A stretch of DNA of 64,000 nucleotides from an uncultured delta proteobacterium (GCA_963822965.1 CAWGJT010000005.1:832001-896000); one strand, 5' to 3'. Positions 50,117 through 61,647 are shown, numbered from the stretch's first letter. The notes: generated by a model from the letters alone, not told the origin. Made by a program: numbers and translations.

Positions 50117-50187
50117 GCAGACGAATTCGCAGGATTCGTCTGCGGCGGAACCGCGACCCAAGACGAAGTCCTGGATCGCGTCTCTAG
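50117..50187 (-). repeat. Dispersed two-hairpin repeat, copy 3
   Basis: Minus strand CTAGAGACGCGATCCAGGACTTCGTCTTGGGTCGCGGTTCCGCC-GCAGACGAAT..ATTCGTCTGC. Confidence 0.8.
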
Positions 50188-51482
50188 CGACGCGCGGTGT
50201 CCACACCGAGCCGGGCGAGGTCGGGGGCGTCCTCGTGGCCGGAGTCCGCGAGCGCGCGACGGCGGTCCCCCAGCAGGCGGGGTCGCTGCGCGTGACCCGG
50301 AGGAGCCAGGGCCCGCATCGTGCGCGCCACCCAGGCTTGCAGCTCGCCGGCTGTGACGAGGCCGTCCCGGTCCCCGTCCGCCCAGCCGCGCAGGCCACCC
50401 AGGGCGAGATAGCCGAAGGCCGGACGCGACCCGCCGGGCAGCGGCCCGGGGACCTCGTCGCCGCGGGCGGCGCTCATCACGACGAGCCGTGGATCGGCCG
50501 CCCCCGCCGCGAGATCGACCGGACGCGGCTGCAGGTCGGACGCCAGCAGGCCCCCGCGCGCCGTGCGTCCCGAGAAGCCGGCGTCGAGCAATACCTGCAC
50601 CTCGTCCGCCCGGCTGGCCTGCAGGGTCGCGACCAGCTCCGAGACGCGGAGGCTGCGCGCTTCGATGCCGCGCGCGCTTCCGGGCGCGTCGTAGGCCACG
50701 AGCAGCCCGTCCCCGGCAGCCCGCGCGGGCGCGCCGTGCCCGGCGAAGACGAGCCACAAGGTGCCGCCCGGCTTCACGCCGCGCGCCGCCTCCTCGACGG
50801 CGTGATGCATCTCCGTGACGGTGGCGTCCTCGTCCAGCAGCAGGGCCACGCGATCCTGGGGAATGCCGCGCGCGCGCACCAGGTAGCCGTACCAGTCGGC
50901 GGCGTTGGCGGTGGCGCCCGCCAGCGGCGGCACGTGCGCGTAGCGCGAAACGCCGATCACCACCGCTGCGTCCCGCTCGCCCCCACCGACCTCGCGCAGG
51001 AGCGGCTTCGACAGATCGGGCCAACCCGCCTGCAGCCCGCCGGCAGACGACCCGCCCAGGAAGCGACCGTCGCGCCACTCGCCTCGCTCCACGCGACCGT
51101 CCGGGTGGGTGACGACGCCGGCCCCGTGCTTCCGGCCGCCGCGCCAGTCTCCCTCGTAGCTCGAGCCGTCGGGCAGGATGAGGAGCCCCCGGCCGTGCTG
51201 CTGTCCGCGCACGAAGTCGCCGATGTACCGGCTGCCGTTGGGCCACAGATACGAGCCCTGGCCCGTGCGGCAGCTCCCCTGGACGCAGCCGATGCGTGTC
51301 GGCGCCAGGCTCGCGGGCGGGCTCTCGTCGCGGTCACCGGCGGCGGCCCGGCTCGAATGCGGCGGGGGGGTGCTGCCCGGGACCGGATCGGCCGCCCCCG
51401 CGCACGCGGCCAGCAGGCCCAGGAGCGCCACCGCCAAGCCGATCGCGGAGGCCCGGGGCCGCTGATCTCGCGAGGTCGGCAT
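50184..51482 (-). CDS. Lipoprotein with MORN repeats and caspase-like (C14) domain lacking the catalytic Cys
   Basis: Lipobox 'LAAC'; MORN 'YIGDFVRGQQHGRG', 'YEGDWRGGRKHGAG'; 'AVVIGVSRY', 'FAGHG', 'LDAGFSG'. Confidence 0.8.
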   Translation of the reverse strand: MPTSRDQRPRASAIGLAVALLGLLAACAGAADPVPGSTPPPHSSRAAAGDRDESPPASLAPTRIGCVQGSCRTGQGSYLWPNGSRYIGDFVRGQQHGRGLLILPDGSSYEGDWRGGRKHGAGVVTHPDGRVERGEWRDGRFLGGSSAGGLQAGWPDLSKPLLREVGGGERDAAVVIGVSRYAHVPPLAGATANAADWYGYLVRARGIPQDRVALLLDEDATVTEMHHAVEEAARGVKPGGTLWLVFAGHGAPARAAGDGLLVAYDAPGSARGIEARSLRVSELVATLQASRADEVQVLLDAGFSGRTARGGLLASDLQPRPVDLAAGAADPRLVVMSAARGDEVPGPLPGGSRPAFGYLALGGLRGWADGDRDGLVTAGELQAWVARTMRALAPPGHAQRPRLLGDRRRALADSGHEDAPDLARLGVDTARR

Positions 51483-51670
51483 GCGTCCACTCCCAGCCCA
51501 CCTGCGGCAGGAGGTGTGATCGCGAACCGCGGCTCCTCAGGGGGCTGCTTCTCTCATCGGAGCGGCGGCGCCCAACTTGATGGGTTTCACCTACGCTGCC
51601 GACAGATCCGTGTGACGGGCGGGCCGAGACGACCCGGTGCCCGGCGACGGACCCCGCTCGGGCGCCCGTC

Positions 51671-52369
51671 TCAGCCGAACAGGCTGCCGGTGCGCGGCTC
51701 CGGGACCAGGCAGCCCGGATCGTCGTTGCGGGGGTCGTTCACCCGCAGGCTCGCCGGGCTCGGCTGCAGCCAGTCCGGCGGACACGGCGCCAGCAGGGGG
51801 AGCAGGACGTCCGGCTCCTGGGTGCGGCGGTCCAGCCAGGGGCCGTAGTCACCCGGTGCCAGCACCACCGGCATGCGGTCGTGGAAGGGGGCGAGGGTCT
51901 CGTTCGCGCGGGTGGTGACGAGGGTGCAGGAGTCGATCACCTCGCCGCCCTCGCCGATCCAGCGCTCGTAGAGCGCGGCGATCCCGAAGAGCCCGCCGTC
52001 GGGCCGGCGGAAGACGAACGGCCGCCGTTCGGCGCCGGTCCCGCCCCACTCGTAGAAGCCGTCCGCCGGCACCACGCAGCGCCGGCTCCGGAACGCCTCC
52101 CGGAAGGCGGGCTTCGTCGCCAGGGTCTCGGCCCGGGCGTTGATCATGCGGTACCCGATGGCCGGGTCCCTGGCCCAGTGCGGCACCAGCCCCCACCGCT
52201 CGCGGGAGGTGACCCGACGCCCGCCTTCGTCCTCCCGCACCGCCAGGATCTCCTGGGAGGGCGCGATGTTGTAGCGGGGCGGGCGGGCTTCGGGGCTCGC
52301 CGCTGCGTCCAGCTCGAAGTGCTGGGCGAGCTCGCCGGCCGAGCTCGTGAGCGTGATGCGTCCGCACAT
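51671..52369 (-). CDS. SOS response-associated peptidase (SRAP/YedK family)
   Basis: N-terminal 'MCGR'; 'RYNIAP', 'INARAET', 'GFYEW', 'HDRMP'. Confidence 0.93.
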   Translation of the reverse strand: MCGRITLTSSAGELAQHFELDAAASPEARPPRYNIAPSQEILAVREDEGGRRVTSRERWGLVPHWARDPAIGYRMINARAETLATKPAFREAFRSRRCVVPADGFYEWGGTGAERRPFVFRRPDGGLFGIAALYERWIGEGGEVIDSCTLVTTRANETLAPFHDRMPVVLAPGDYGPWLDRRTQEPDVLLPLLAPCPPDWLQPSPASLRVNDPRNDDPGCLVPEPRTGSLFG

Positions 52370-52461
52370 CGCGGAGACCCCCGCGCCCCGGAAGACGAGG
52401 CTCGGGCCGAGCATACCGGACGGGAATCTCGCCGACCCCGACCCCCCGGACCGACTCCCAA

Positions 52462-52486
52462 GAGGACAACGCTCAGCGTTGTCCTC
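52462..52486. other. Perfect 12-bp inverted repeat (terminator stem or operator)
   Basis: GAGGACAACGCT-C-AGCGTTGTCCTC between the HD-GYP stop and the SRAP start. Confidence 0.5.
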
Positions 52487-52523
52487 CGGTTGCAGGTCAG
52501 CGCCCCAGCGGGGCGCTGGCCGG

Positions 52524-53816
52524 TCAGGAGACGAGCTCTCCGCGCTCGACCACGGCCGCGAGCGCGTCGACCACGCGCGGATCGAAGTGGCCGCCGGCAC
52601 CCTCCCGGAGGCGCTCGAGGGTCTCGGGAACACCGAACGCGGGATGCTCGAAGTCTTCGTTCGTCAGCTTGTCGAAGGAATCGGCCACGGCGACGATGCG
52701 CGACTCGAGGGGGATGTCGCTGCCCGCCCGGCTCTCGGGATAGCCCGAACCGTCGAACCACTCGTGGTGGTAGAGGACGATGGGCGCCACGTCCTGCCAC
52801 AGGCGGATGCGGCTCAGCATGCGGTAGCCGAGCATCGGATGGCCCTGGCACTGGGCCGGGTCGTGGTGGAGCGCGCGGTCGATCTTCAGGTAGCCGATGT
52901 CGTGCAGGAGCGAGGCGAAGTGGAGCCGCTGCAGGCGCTCCTCGTCCAGGTCGAGCTCGCGCCCGATGCTGTTCGCGACCGCCGCGAGGCGGTTGGGATG
53001 GCCCGCGCGGGCGTCTCCGCGGTCGAGCTGGGCGTCGAGCGCCGTCACCAGCATGTCCGTCACGTGGGAGAAGAAGTTGCGCTGGGAGTTCTGGAGGTCG
53101 GCGTTCTGGAACGCAACGGCGGTGAGGCCCGCGAGCGAGCTCACCGCGTCGAGCTCCTCGCTGGCGAAGGCCGCACCCGGCTTCGTGTGCAGCAGCACGA
53201 AGGCGCCGCGCAGGCCGCCGCTCACGCGCAGGGGAACGACGGCCATCGCCGACGGCCGGCCCTGGGCGGCGGGCGCGCCCGTCTCGACGCACAGCGGCGA
53301 GTCGCCTTCCAGGGCCGCCTCGAGCAGCTCTCCGATGCGATCCTGGTTCGTCTGGTAGAGCGGCGCCGCCTCGTCGCCCGCCGACTCGCACACGAGCAGC
53401 GGCTTGTCCTTCGCGGCCTGCAGCAGCACGAAGGTGGCGCGCGCGCCGGTCAGCTCGAGCGCGCAGCCCGCCGCGGTGTCGGCCACGGCGTGGGTGTGCA
53501 GCGCCTGGGCGAGATCGCGCGAAGCGCCCAGGATGGTGCTGAGTCGATGGTTGTCGGCGTCCATCCGCTGCAGGGCGCCGTGGACCAGGCGTCGCAGCGC
53601 GAAGAAGGAGGCGAGCGACAGCAGGCCGACACCGAGCAGCACGCCGATCATCTGCACGGTGGTATCGCCGTCGCTGTCGAGGCCGGGCAACACGTAGCGG
53701 TGCAGCACGCCCGCCAGGATCGCCGTCGGGATGACGGAGCCGAGGAAGTAGGTCCCGAAGACCGCGCGATCGAGCTTCTGCGAGAAGAGCGACTGGATGT
53801 GGCTGGGATTGTTCAT
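52524..53816 (-). CDS. Membrane GAF + HD-GYP cyclic-dinucleotide phosphodiesterase
   Basis: Two TM helices, GAF-like region, 'LLHDIG', 'HHEWFDGSGYP', 'RIVAVADSFD'. Confidence 0.88.
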   Translation of the reverse strand: MNNPSHIQSLFSQKLDRAVFGTYFLGSVIPTAILAGVLHRYVLPGLDSDGDTTVQMIGVLLGVGLLSLASFFALRRLVHGALQRMDADNHRLSTILGASRDLAQALHTHAVADTAAGCALELTGARATFVLLQAAKDKPLLVCESAGDEAAPLYQTNQDRIGELLEAALEGDSPLCVETGAPAAQGRPSAMAVVPLRVSGGLRGAFVLLHTKPGAAFASEELDAVSSLAGLTAVAFQNADLQNSQRNFFSHVTDMLVTALDAQLDRGDARAGHPNRLAAVANSIGRELDLDEERLQRLHFASLLHDIGYLKIDRALHHDPAQCQGHPMLGYRMLSRIRLWQDVAPIVLYHHEWFDGSGYPESRAGSDIPLESRIVAVADSFDKLTNEDFEHPAFGVPETLERLREGAGGHFDPRVVDALAAVVERGELVS

Positions 53817-54222
53817 CCACGGGCCCCCATGGGTCGAGGAATTCTTCGAAGAGGGGCGCAGCTGCGGCTCCCTGCGCGTGCCTATCGGCCACCCGCAGGT
53901 TCCGCTGGAGAGTTCGGGGGCGCCTGGAAAATGCCCCGCACGGCCCGCGCGCTCGTCCCGCGGGCGCGGGCCGGCGACTGCCACGAGAGCGGAAGCGCTC
54001 CGCTGCCAGGCGAGGCCGTCTCGCGCGGATGCCGCGCGTAACCGGGCCGGGCCGCGAGGCGTAGGTCGACCTGGAGGCGGGTGGCCGGCACACTGTGCCC
54101 CCGCAGCCCCGCGAGGAAGCGCGCAGGGAAGCGAGAGCCCCGCAAGGAATCGAGTCGAGCCGAGAGACGGACGAGAAAGAGACGAGAAGAAGCGAATGAA
54201 GCGAATGGAGAGGGAGAGACCG

Positions 54223-55210
54223 TTGCTGATCCGCCGAGCCCCCGACCGTGCGCGAGAACGAGATCACCCCCGAGCCGCTGTACCTGCGCCGGCGGGACTT
54301 CCTCGCGGGCTCCGTGGCCGCGGGGGTCTGCGTTGCCGCCGGCAGCGCCGGCCTGCTGGCCTGCGGCGCCGGGGAGGCCAGCGCGAAGAACCCGCCCGAG
54401 CTGCCCACGCGCACCCTCGATGCGGTACCCGGCCCCGCCGCGCTCCAGACCGACGAGCCGCGCACCCCCTACGAGGACGCCACCCGCTACAACAACTTCT
54501 ACGAGTTCGGAACCGACAAGACGGATCCGGCGCGCTACGCGGGATCCCTGCGTCCCGAGCCCTGGTCGGTGGTCGTCGAGGGCGAGGTCGAGAAGCCGGG
54601 CCGCGTGCCGCTCGAGGACCTGCTGCGCAATCACGACCTGGAGGAGCGCGTGTATCGCCTGCGATGCGTCGAGGCCTGGTCGATGGTGATTCCCTGGATC
54701 GGCATTCCCCTCGGCGACGTCATCAGGCGCCTGCAGCCCACCTCGAAGGCGCGCTACGTGGCCTTCGAGACCCTCTACGACCCGGAGCAGATGCCGGGCC
54801 AGAAGCGCCGCGTGCTCGACTGGCCGTACCGCGAGGGGCTCCGCATGGACGAGGCGATGCACCCGCTCGCGATCCTCGGCGGTGGGCATGTACGGGAAGG
54901 TGCTGCCCAACCAGAACGGGGCGCCCCTGCGGCTGGTGGTGCCGTGGAAGTACGGCTTCAAGAGCATCAAGTCGATCGTGAAGATCCGGCTGCAGGAAGA
55001 CCGAGCCCGCACACGTCCTGGAACATGCAGGCGCCCCGGGAGTACGGCTTCTACGCGAACGTGAACCCCGAGGTCGACCACCCGCGCTGGAGCCAGGCGC
55101 GCGAGCGCCGCATCGGCGATCTGCGCCGCCGTCCCACCCTGCCCTTCAACGGCTACGCGGAGCAGGTGGCCAGCCTCTACGCCGGGATGGACCTGCGGAA
55201 GAACTTCTGA
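54223..55210 (+). CDS. msrP: Protein-methionine-sulfoxide reductase catalytic subunit MsrP (frameshifted)
   Basis: Tat 'RRRDFL'; '[11 protein letters not shown]', '[12 protein letters not shown]', '[21 protein letters not shown]', 'YGFYANVNP'. Confidence 0.93.
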
Positions 55211-55211
55211 G

Positions 55212-55902
55212 GTGACGGCGATCTCCCCGAAGCCCGTCTCCGAAGCCCCTCGTCGTCCGGGACGGGATGGCTGGCGTCGCCCCGGGCGCGGCGACGCGCG
55301 CTGCGCGCCGGCACCCTGGTGCTGGGCTTCGCGCCCGCTGGTGGCGCTGGCCGGGCGCGCGCTGCTGGACGATCTCGGCGCGAACCCCGTCGAGACGGTG
55401 ACGCACACCACCGGCCTGTGGGCGCTGCGCTTCCTGATGCTGTGCCTGATGGTGACGCCGGTCCGGCGGCTCAGCGGCTGGCGCGCGCTCATCCTCGAGC
55501 GCCGGACCCTGGGGCTCTTCGCCTTCTTCTACGCGAGCCTGCACCTGGCCACCTACGTGGGCCTCGACCTCGGGTTCGAGTGGTCGTTCCTGGGCGAGGA
55601 CATCCTCGAGCGCCCCTACATCACGGTGGGCTTCGCGACCTTCCTGGTGCTGCTGTGCCTGGCGTCCACCTCGACTCGCGCCGCGGCGCGGCGGCTCGGC
55701 CGGCGCTGGAAGACGCTGCACCGGCTGGTCTACCTCGGCCGGCGTCGGCGCGGTCGTCCACTTCCTGTGGCTGGTGAAGGCGGACACCCGGGAGCCGCTG
55801 ACCTGTATGCGGGCGCTGCTCGCGGCCCTGCTCGGGATCAGGCTGTGGTGGGCGCTGCGGGGGCGGATGGCGGCGCGGCGTCCGCGGCCGGCTGCGACGT
55901 GA
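55212..55902 (+). CDS. msrQ: Heme-binding membrane subunit MsrQ (frameshifted)
   Basis: 'GANPVE..HTTGLWALRF', 'RRTLGLFAFFYASLH', 'RPYITVG', 'WKTLHRLVY'; follows msrP. Confidence 0.88.
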
Positions 55903-57617
55903 ACGCGGCACCGGCGAGGAGGCGACGACACGAACACCACCGAGATGACGTCCCAGGCCAGGTAGCGTGCGTCCTCCAGGAAGAAGAGCTGGTCCGAGAC
56001 GATCCAGGCGAGCACGCAGAGCGAGAGCGCCACGCCCATCCAGGGTCGCCTCCGGGACAGCATCGCCGCCCCCACCACGAACGGGTAGTAGTAGTTCGTG
56101 GGGCTCGTCAGCAGCGGGATCAGCGCGAACCCCAGCACCGCGGCCTCCACGGCCGAGATGCGGGCGAGCGCGCGCCAGAAGGCCAAGCAGGCCGAGCACG
56201 ACCAGCAGCGCCTGCAGGCTGCGGATGGCGCCCACCGCGAACGGCGCCGGGCGTCTCGACCTCGACCGTGCGCCCTTCGGGCGTGCGCACCTCGACCGTG
56301 GTGGCCCGGTGCACCAGCTCGGCGGCCAGCGCCGACAGACCGATCTTGTTGACGCCCGCCTGGGCGACGACGGCGCTCATCTTCTGCTGGAACTCGAGGT
56401 AGGCGCCGGGGCCGCGACCGGTGCCGAAGGCGCCCGGCCGCGAGCAGCAGCAGCGAGACCGGCCGCGACGCCTAGCCACGAAGCGCCGGGCGCCGCGCGG
56501 AATCCCCTCGCGCCGAACGCGCACGGCCGCGTGCGCGAGGAAGGCGGCCACGAAGATGCCCGGGAAGATCCGCAGCAGGGACGGCGAACGCGAGCGCGGC
56601 GCCGGACGCCAGCTGGCGGCCCCGCTCGAGCAGACACAGGCCCAGAACCGCCGAGAAGAGCCACAGGTTGCGCAGGAACGCGTCGCCGATCCAGTTGTAG
56701 GACCACAGCGGCGACGTCCCCCAGGCGAGGGCGGCGAGGCACAGCGCCTCGAGGCCGAACGCCCAGGCGATGAGGGCCCCCATGGCGAGCACCAGCCCGC
56801 GATCGAGGGCGATCAGCCACGGAAACCACGACGAGTCCGCCGGGATCGGCTTCGAGAAGAGCCCTCCCGCGAAGCTCCACACGGGGGTCGGGTTGTAGCC
56901 GTGATCCACCAGCAGGTGCGTCCAGCTTCCGCCCAGGATGCGCGGGCGGAAGAACGCGAGGTCGCGCTCGAACGACCGCCAGCGATCCGGCGAGAAGCGC
57001 TCCGGGCAGTCGCGCACCCCCGAAGCCGTGGCGGCCGGGGGCTCCAGCCGCAGGGTCCGCTGGTCGCGCACCTCGGGAAAGGCGTTCGGGTCCTGCTGCC
57101 CGTCCTCGACGAGCGCGGCCAGGGTGCAGTGATAGAGCTCGAAGTAGCCCAGCTCGCCGAAGTACTTCGAGCCCATGTAGTAGTGGAAGACGTCGGCGCC
57201 CTTGAAGCCGCCCGGATGGCCGGCGCGGAAGAAGTTGTAGTACGACGCGAAGGAGGCGAGCGCCAGCGCGCGCGAGCAGGGCGAGTCGCAGCCGGCGCCA
57301 GCGGTCGGGACGTCCGCCGCGCCGCGTCCAGGCGCCGGCGCAGAAGACCGCGAACCCCGCCAGGGCGATCCCGCCCCGCACCAGGCTCGCGTTGCGAAAG
57401 CGGGCCTCGTTCTCGGCGCGACGTGCGCGGCGCTCGGCCCAGCGGCTCCTGGGACGCGGGCCCTCGCGCTCCGCGGCGTCCGCCGCGGCCCGAACGGGCG
57501 CCTCGCGCGCTCTAGAACGCCGTGCACGGGTGCCTCCGGCGCGGCCCGCACGGGACCCGCCGCGCCGCAGAGGACCCACAGGCACGGCAGGAGCAGGAGC
57601 CCGAATCGGCGCAGCAT
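55870..57617 (-). CDS. Polytopic membrane protein, GT-C glycosyltransferase-like (multiple frameshifts, 3' end approximate)
   Basis: Many TM segments; 'DVFHYYMGSKYF.ELGY', 'DHGYNPTPVW', 'WIGDAFLR', 'TNYYY' in ORFs 56472-58262 and 55146-56186. Confidence 0.5.
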
Positions 57618-57689
57618 CGGCGCATGATACCCGCGGCGCCGAGGGGCATCGCTTGCCCCGACCACCCGGGCGGGCCACTCTTGGGCGCC

Positions 57690-58887
57690 GTGAGCGAGCC
57701 CGCCGACGAGACCTTTCCCGCCAACGACGTCCACCGCATCGAAGCGGGCGGGCGCCGCTTCACCGTCGTCGGCACCGCCCACATCTCCCGGGAATCCGTC
57801 GACCTCGTGCGCCAGGTGATCGAGGGAGAGCGTCCGGACTGCGTCTGCCTCGAGCTCGACGCCCAGCGCTACCAGGCCCTGTCCCAGGAGCAGCGCTGGG
57901 AAGAGCTCGACCTCGGCCAGGTGGTGCGGAGCCGGCAGCTCGCCACCCTGATGGCGAACCTGATCCTCGCCTCGTACCAGAAGCGGCTCGGGGTGAAGCT
58001 CGGCGTCACCCCCGGCAGCGAGCTGCTCGAGGCCGGACGCACCGCGGAGCAGCTCGACGATTCCCGTCGCGCTCTGCGACCGGGACATCCGGGTGACCCT
58101 GCGGCGCGCCTGGAACTCGCTCTCGCTGTGGCGAAAGCTGATGCTGGTCTCGACGTTCGTGGCGAGCGCCTTCGACAGTCCGGAGCTCTCGGAGGAGGAG
58201 CTGCGCCGCATCCGGCAGCAGGACGTGTTGTCCGAGCTGATGGCCGAGCTCGGCGACGCCATGCCCGACCTGAAGCGCGTGCTGATCGACGAGCGGGACG
58301 CCTACCTGGCCCAGAAGATCCTCGAGTCCGAGGGCGAGCACGTGGTGGCGGTCGTCGGTGCCGGGCATGTGCAGGGCATGCTCGCGGCCCTGGGCGCCCA
58401 GGAGGCCGTCGACCTCGACGAGATCAACACCGTGCCGCCGGTCTCCCGGGTGTGGAAGTGGCTCGGATGGAGCATCCCGGCGGTGATCGTCGGGTCGATC
58501 GTGTGGATCGGTTTCACCCAGGGACAGGCCGCCGCCGGTCAGAACGCGGGCTACTGGTTCCTCGCCAACGCGATCCCGAGCGGCATCGGCGGGCTGATGG
58601 CCCTCGCGCATCCCGCCACCATCGCGACGGCGTTCCTCGCCGCACCCTTCACGTCACTGACCCCGCTCATCGGGGCGGGCTACGTGGCGGCCTTCGTGCA
58701 GGCCTGGGTGCGACCGCCGAAGGTCACGGAGTTCCAGACGGTGGGGATCGACATGTCCTCGCCCGCGGCCTGGTGGCGCAACCGGTTGCTCAAGATCTTC
58801 CTGGTCTTCATCCTCACGACCCTGGGCAGCGCGATCGGCACCTGGGTGGGCGGCATCGAGATCGTCCGCAACCTGTTCGGCCACTGA
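57690..58887 (+). CDS. TraB/GumN (pheromone shutdown TraB-like) family protein (frameshift ~58060)
   Basis: 'VGTAHISRES', 'VCLELD..RY', 'LIDERDAYLA', 'VVGAGH', C-terminal TM domain. Confidence 0.88.
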
Positions 58888-58971
58888 GCGGCCCGCGCCG
58901 GTGACGCAGCGGCCGAGCGGCCCGGCGGCTCGTGCTTCCTTGCTCCCCCTTCGGTCCCGCGAGCCCACCTG

Positions 58972-60672
58972 ATGCCGTCCTTCGAAGCCCTTCACGACGC
59001 CGGCCCCTTGCTCATCGTGGCCGTGGTGATCGTCGTGGGCACCCTGGCGGGCGTCGCCGACGCGGCGCATCGGGCTGCCCGGCATCACCGGGCCAGATCC
59101 TGGCCGGCGTCGGCCTCGGCCGGGCGGGCGCTCGACCTCTTCGGGGAGGACTTCCCTCGCCGACCTCGAGCCCCTCACCCACTTCGCGCTCGGGCTGATC
59201 GCCGTGACCGTGGGCGCGCATCTCAACGTGCGGCGTCTCCGCAACGCCGGCAAGCGACTCCTGTTCCTGCTGTCGTGAGCGAGGCGACGGTGCTCCCGCT
59301 GATCGTCTTCGTGGCGGTCTGGACGACGACCCACGCGAGCGCCGAGCTGGCCCTCTTGCTCGGAGCCGTCTCGATCGCCACGGCGCCGGCCACGACCGTC
59401 GCGCTCGTCAAGGAGGGCCACGCCAAGGGCGTCTTCGTGAAGACCCTGGTCGCGGCCGTCGCCCTCAACAACATGGTCTGCATCGTGGTCTTCGAGGTCG
59501 TCCGAAGCTGGGTGGACGTCCACGAGCCGGGTGCCCGCGCCAGCATGGGTCCGATCGACGAGCTGCTGCTGGCCGCGGGCATCGGCACGGGGATCGCGTT
59601 GCTGATGGAGGTCGCCACGCGCCTGACCGTCCGGCGCGAACGGCTCGCCACGGCCGCGGTGGTCGCGCTCGTGCTGGCGTCCGGACTCGCCTCGACCCTC
59701 TCCGTCTCTCCCCTGCTCGCCTGCCTCTTCCTGGGCATCGTCCAGACGAACGTCAGCCGCACTCGCGACCGACTCGTGGACTCGGTGTTCGCGGACTTCG
59801 AGCCGGCGATCCTGACGGTCTTCTTCACGCTCGCCGGCATGCATCTCACCCTCGACCAGATGGGGTTCGCGGGCTGGGCGGCGTTGGTCTACTTCTTCGC
59901 GCGCATCGGAGGCAAGCTCGTAGCGGCGAACCTTGCGATGCGGCTCGCGCAGGCGACGGACCGGGTGCGGCGCAACCTCGGGCTGGCCCTCGTTCCCCAG
60001 GCCGGCGTCGCGGTGGGCCTGGTGCTGCTGGTCCAGGCAGACCCGTCGCTCACGCACCTCGCGGAGCTCTTCAGCGCCGTGGTGCTCACGGTCGTGACGA
60101 TGAACGAGATCGTCGGCCCCATCCTCACGCGGCTGGCCCTGCGTCGTGCCGGCGAGCTCGGGCCGGGACCGCATGCGCCTGATCGACTTCCTGCAGGAAG
60201 AGCACATCGAGACCGACTTCCACGCCCGCACCAAGCAGGAGGCGATCGAGAAGCTCGTCGATCTGCATGCTGCGCACCCAGGCCGTGAGCGGCGTCGACC
60301 GCCGGGCGCTGCTGGCGTCCGTCGTCGAGCGGGAGCAGCAGGCCTCCACCTGTCTCGGCGGGGGCCTGGCGGTGCCCCACGGGATCCTGCCGAGCGGCCG
60401 ACCCATGGTGGGCGTGATGGGTCTCTCGAAGGACGGGCTTCCCTTCGACACGCCCGACGACCGGCCGGTGCACTGCATGGTGCTGCTCGGCACCTCGCCC
60501 GAGCAGCGCGACCGCCACCTGCAGGTGCTGGCGGTGCTCGCGCGAACGGTCGGGCAGCGACCCGGCATTCCAGGTGCAGCTCTTCAACGCGCGCAGCCCC
60601 GCCCACGCCTACGAGATCCTGCACGGCGAGGAGTCCGAGGACTTCAACTACTTCCTGGACGACAGACCGTAG
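58972..60672 (+). CDS. Cation:proton antiporter fused to a PTS EIIA-2 (PtsN-like) domain (frameshifted)
   Basis: 'ATAPATT', 'FFTLAG', 'ARIGGK', 'PQAGVAVGL', 'NEIVGP'; then 'RE..STCLGGGLAVPHG'; ends 'EDFNYFLDDRP*'. Confidence 0.8.
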
Positions 60673-60813
60673 CGGCTCGCCCGACGGCGCGACGGACTCG
60701 CTCGATGGGGCGCCGGCGCGGTGGTAGACTCGGCGGCCGGCCTCCCCCGACAGCCTGCGAATCCCTTCTGCGGGTCCCGGCCGGCGGGCCCGGGCCCGCC
60801 CACGGAGCGTCGC

Positions 60814-61625
60814 TTGCGACAGTATCTGGACCTGCTCGAACGCGTGCTGGAGACCGGCACGCCCAAGGACGACCGCACCGGCACCGGCACCGTCAGCCGC
60901 TTCGGCGACCAGATCCGGGTGGACCTGCGGGAGCGCTTCCCGCTCCTGACCACGAAGCGCGTCCACTTCAAGTCCATCGTCCACGAGCTGCTGTGGTTCG
61001 TCTCGGGCGAGACGAACGTCCGCTACTCTGCAGGAGAACGGCGTCTCGATCTGGGACGAGTGGGCGGACGAGGACGGCAACCTGGGGCCGGTCTACGGCA
61101 GCCAGTGGCGGCACTGGCCCACGCCCGGGCCGCCCGGGCGAGCCCGAGCACATCGACCAGCTGGCCCAGGTGGTGGAGCAGATCCGCACGAGCCCCGATT
61201 CGCGCCGACTGGTCGTGAGCGCCTGGAACGCCGCCGAGCTGCCCGCGCATGGCGCTGCCCCCGTGTCACCTGCTCTTCCAGTTCTGGGTGGCCGGCGGGC
61301 CAGCTCTCGTGCGGCGTCTACCAGCGCAGCTGCGACCTCTTCCTGGGCCTCCCCTTCAACATCGCCTCGTACGCGCTGCTGACCCACATGGTCGCCCAGG
61401 TGACCGGGCTCTCGCCGGGCGACCTGGTGATCTCCCTGGGCGACGCGCACATCTACACCAACCACATGGAGCAGGTGAAGCGGCAGCTCGCGCGCGAGCC
61501 GCGAGCGCTGCCGCCGCCTGCGGCTCGATCCCGCCGTCAAGTCGCTCTTCGACTTCCGGGCCGAGCACGTGCGCCTCGAGGGATACGATCCGCACCCCGG
61601 CATCAAAGCGCCGATCGCGGTCTGA
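60814..61625 (+). CDS. thyA: Thymidylate synthase (frameshifted)
   Basis: 'DRTGTGT', '[10 protein letters not shown]', '[10 protein letters not shown]', 'MALPPCH', '[18 protein letters not shown]', 'GDAHIY.NH'. Confidence 0.95.
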
Positions 61626-61647
61626 GCGCCCCAGGCCGCCGTCCCGG

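Noticed and set aside
54223..55902. msrPQ as part of the novel redox cluster
   Set aside because: Well-known stand-alone repair system 30 kb away with no linking evidence.
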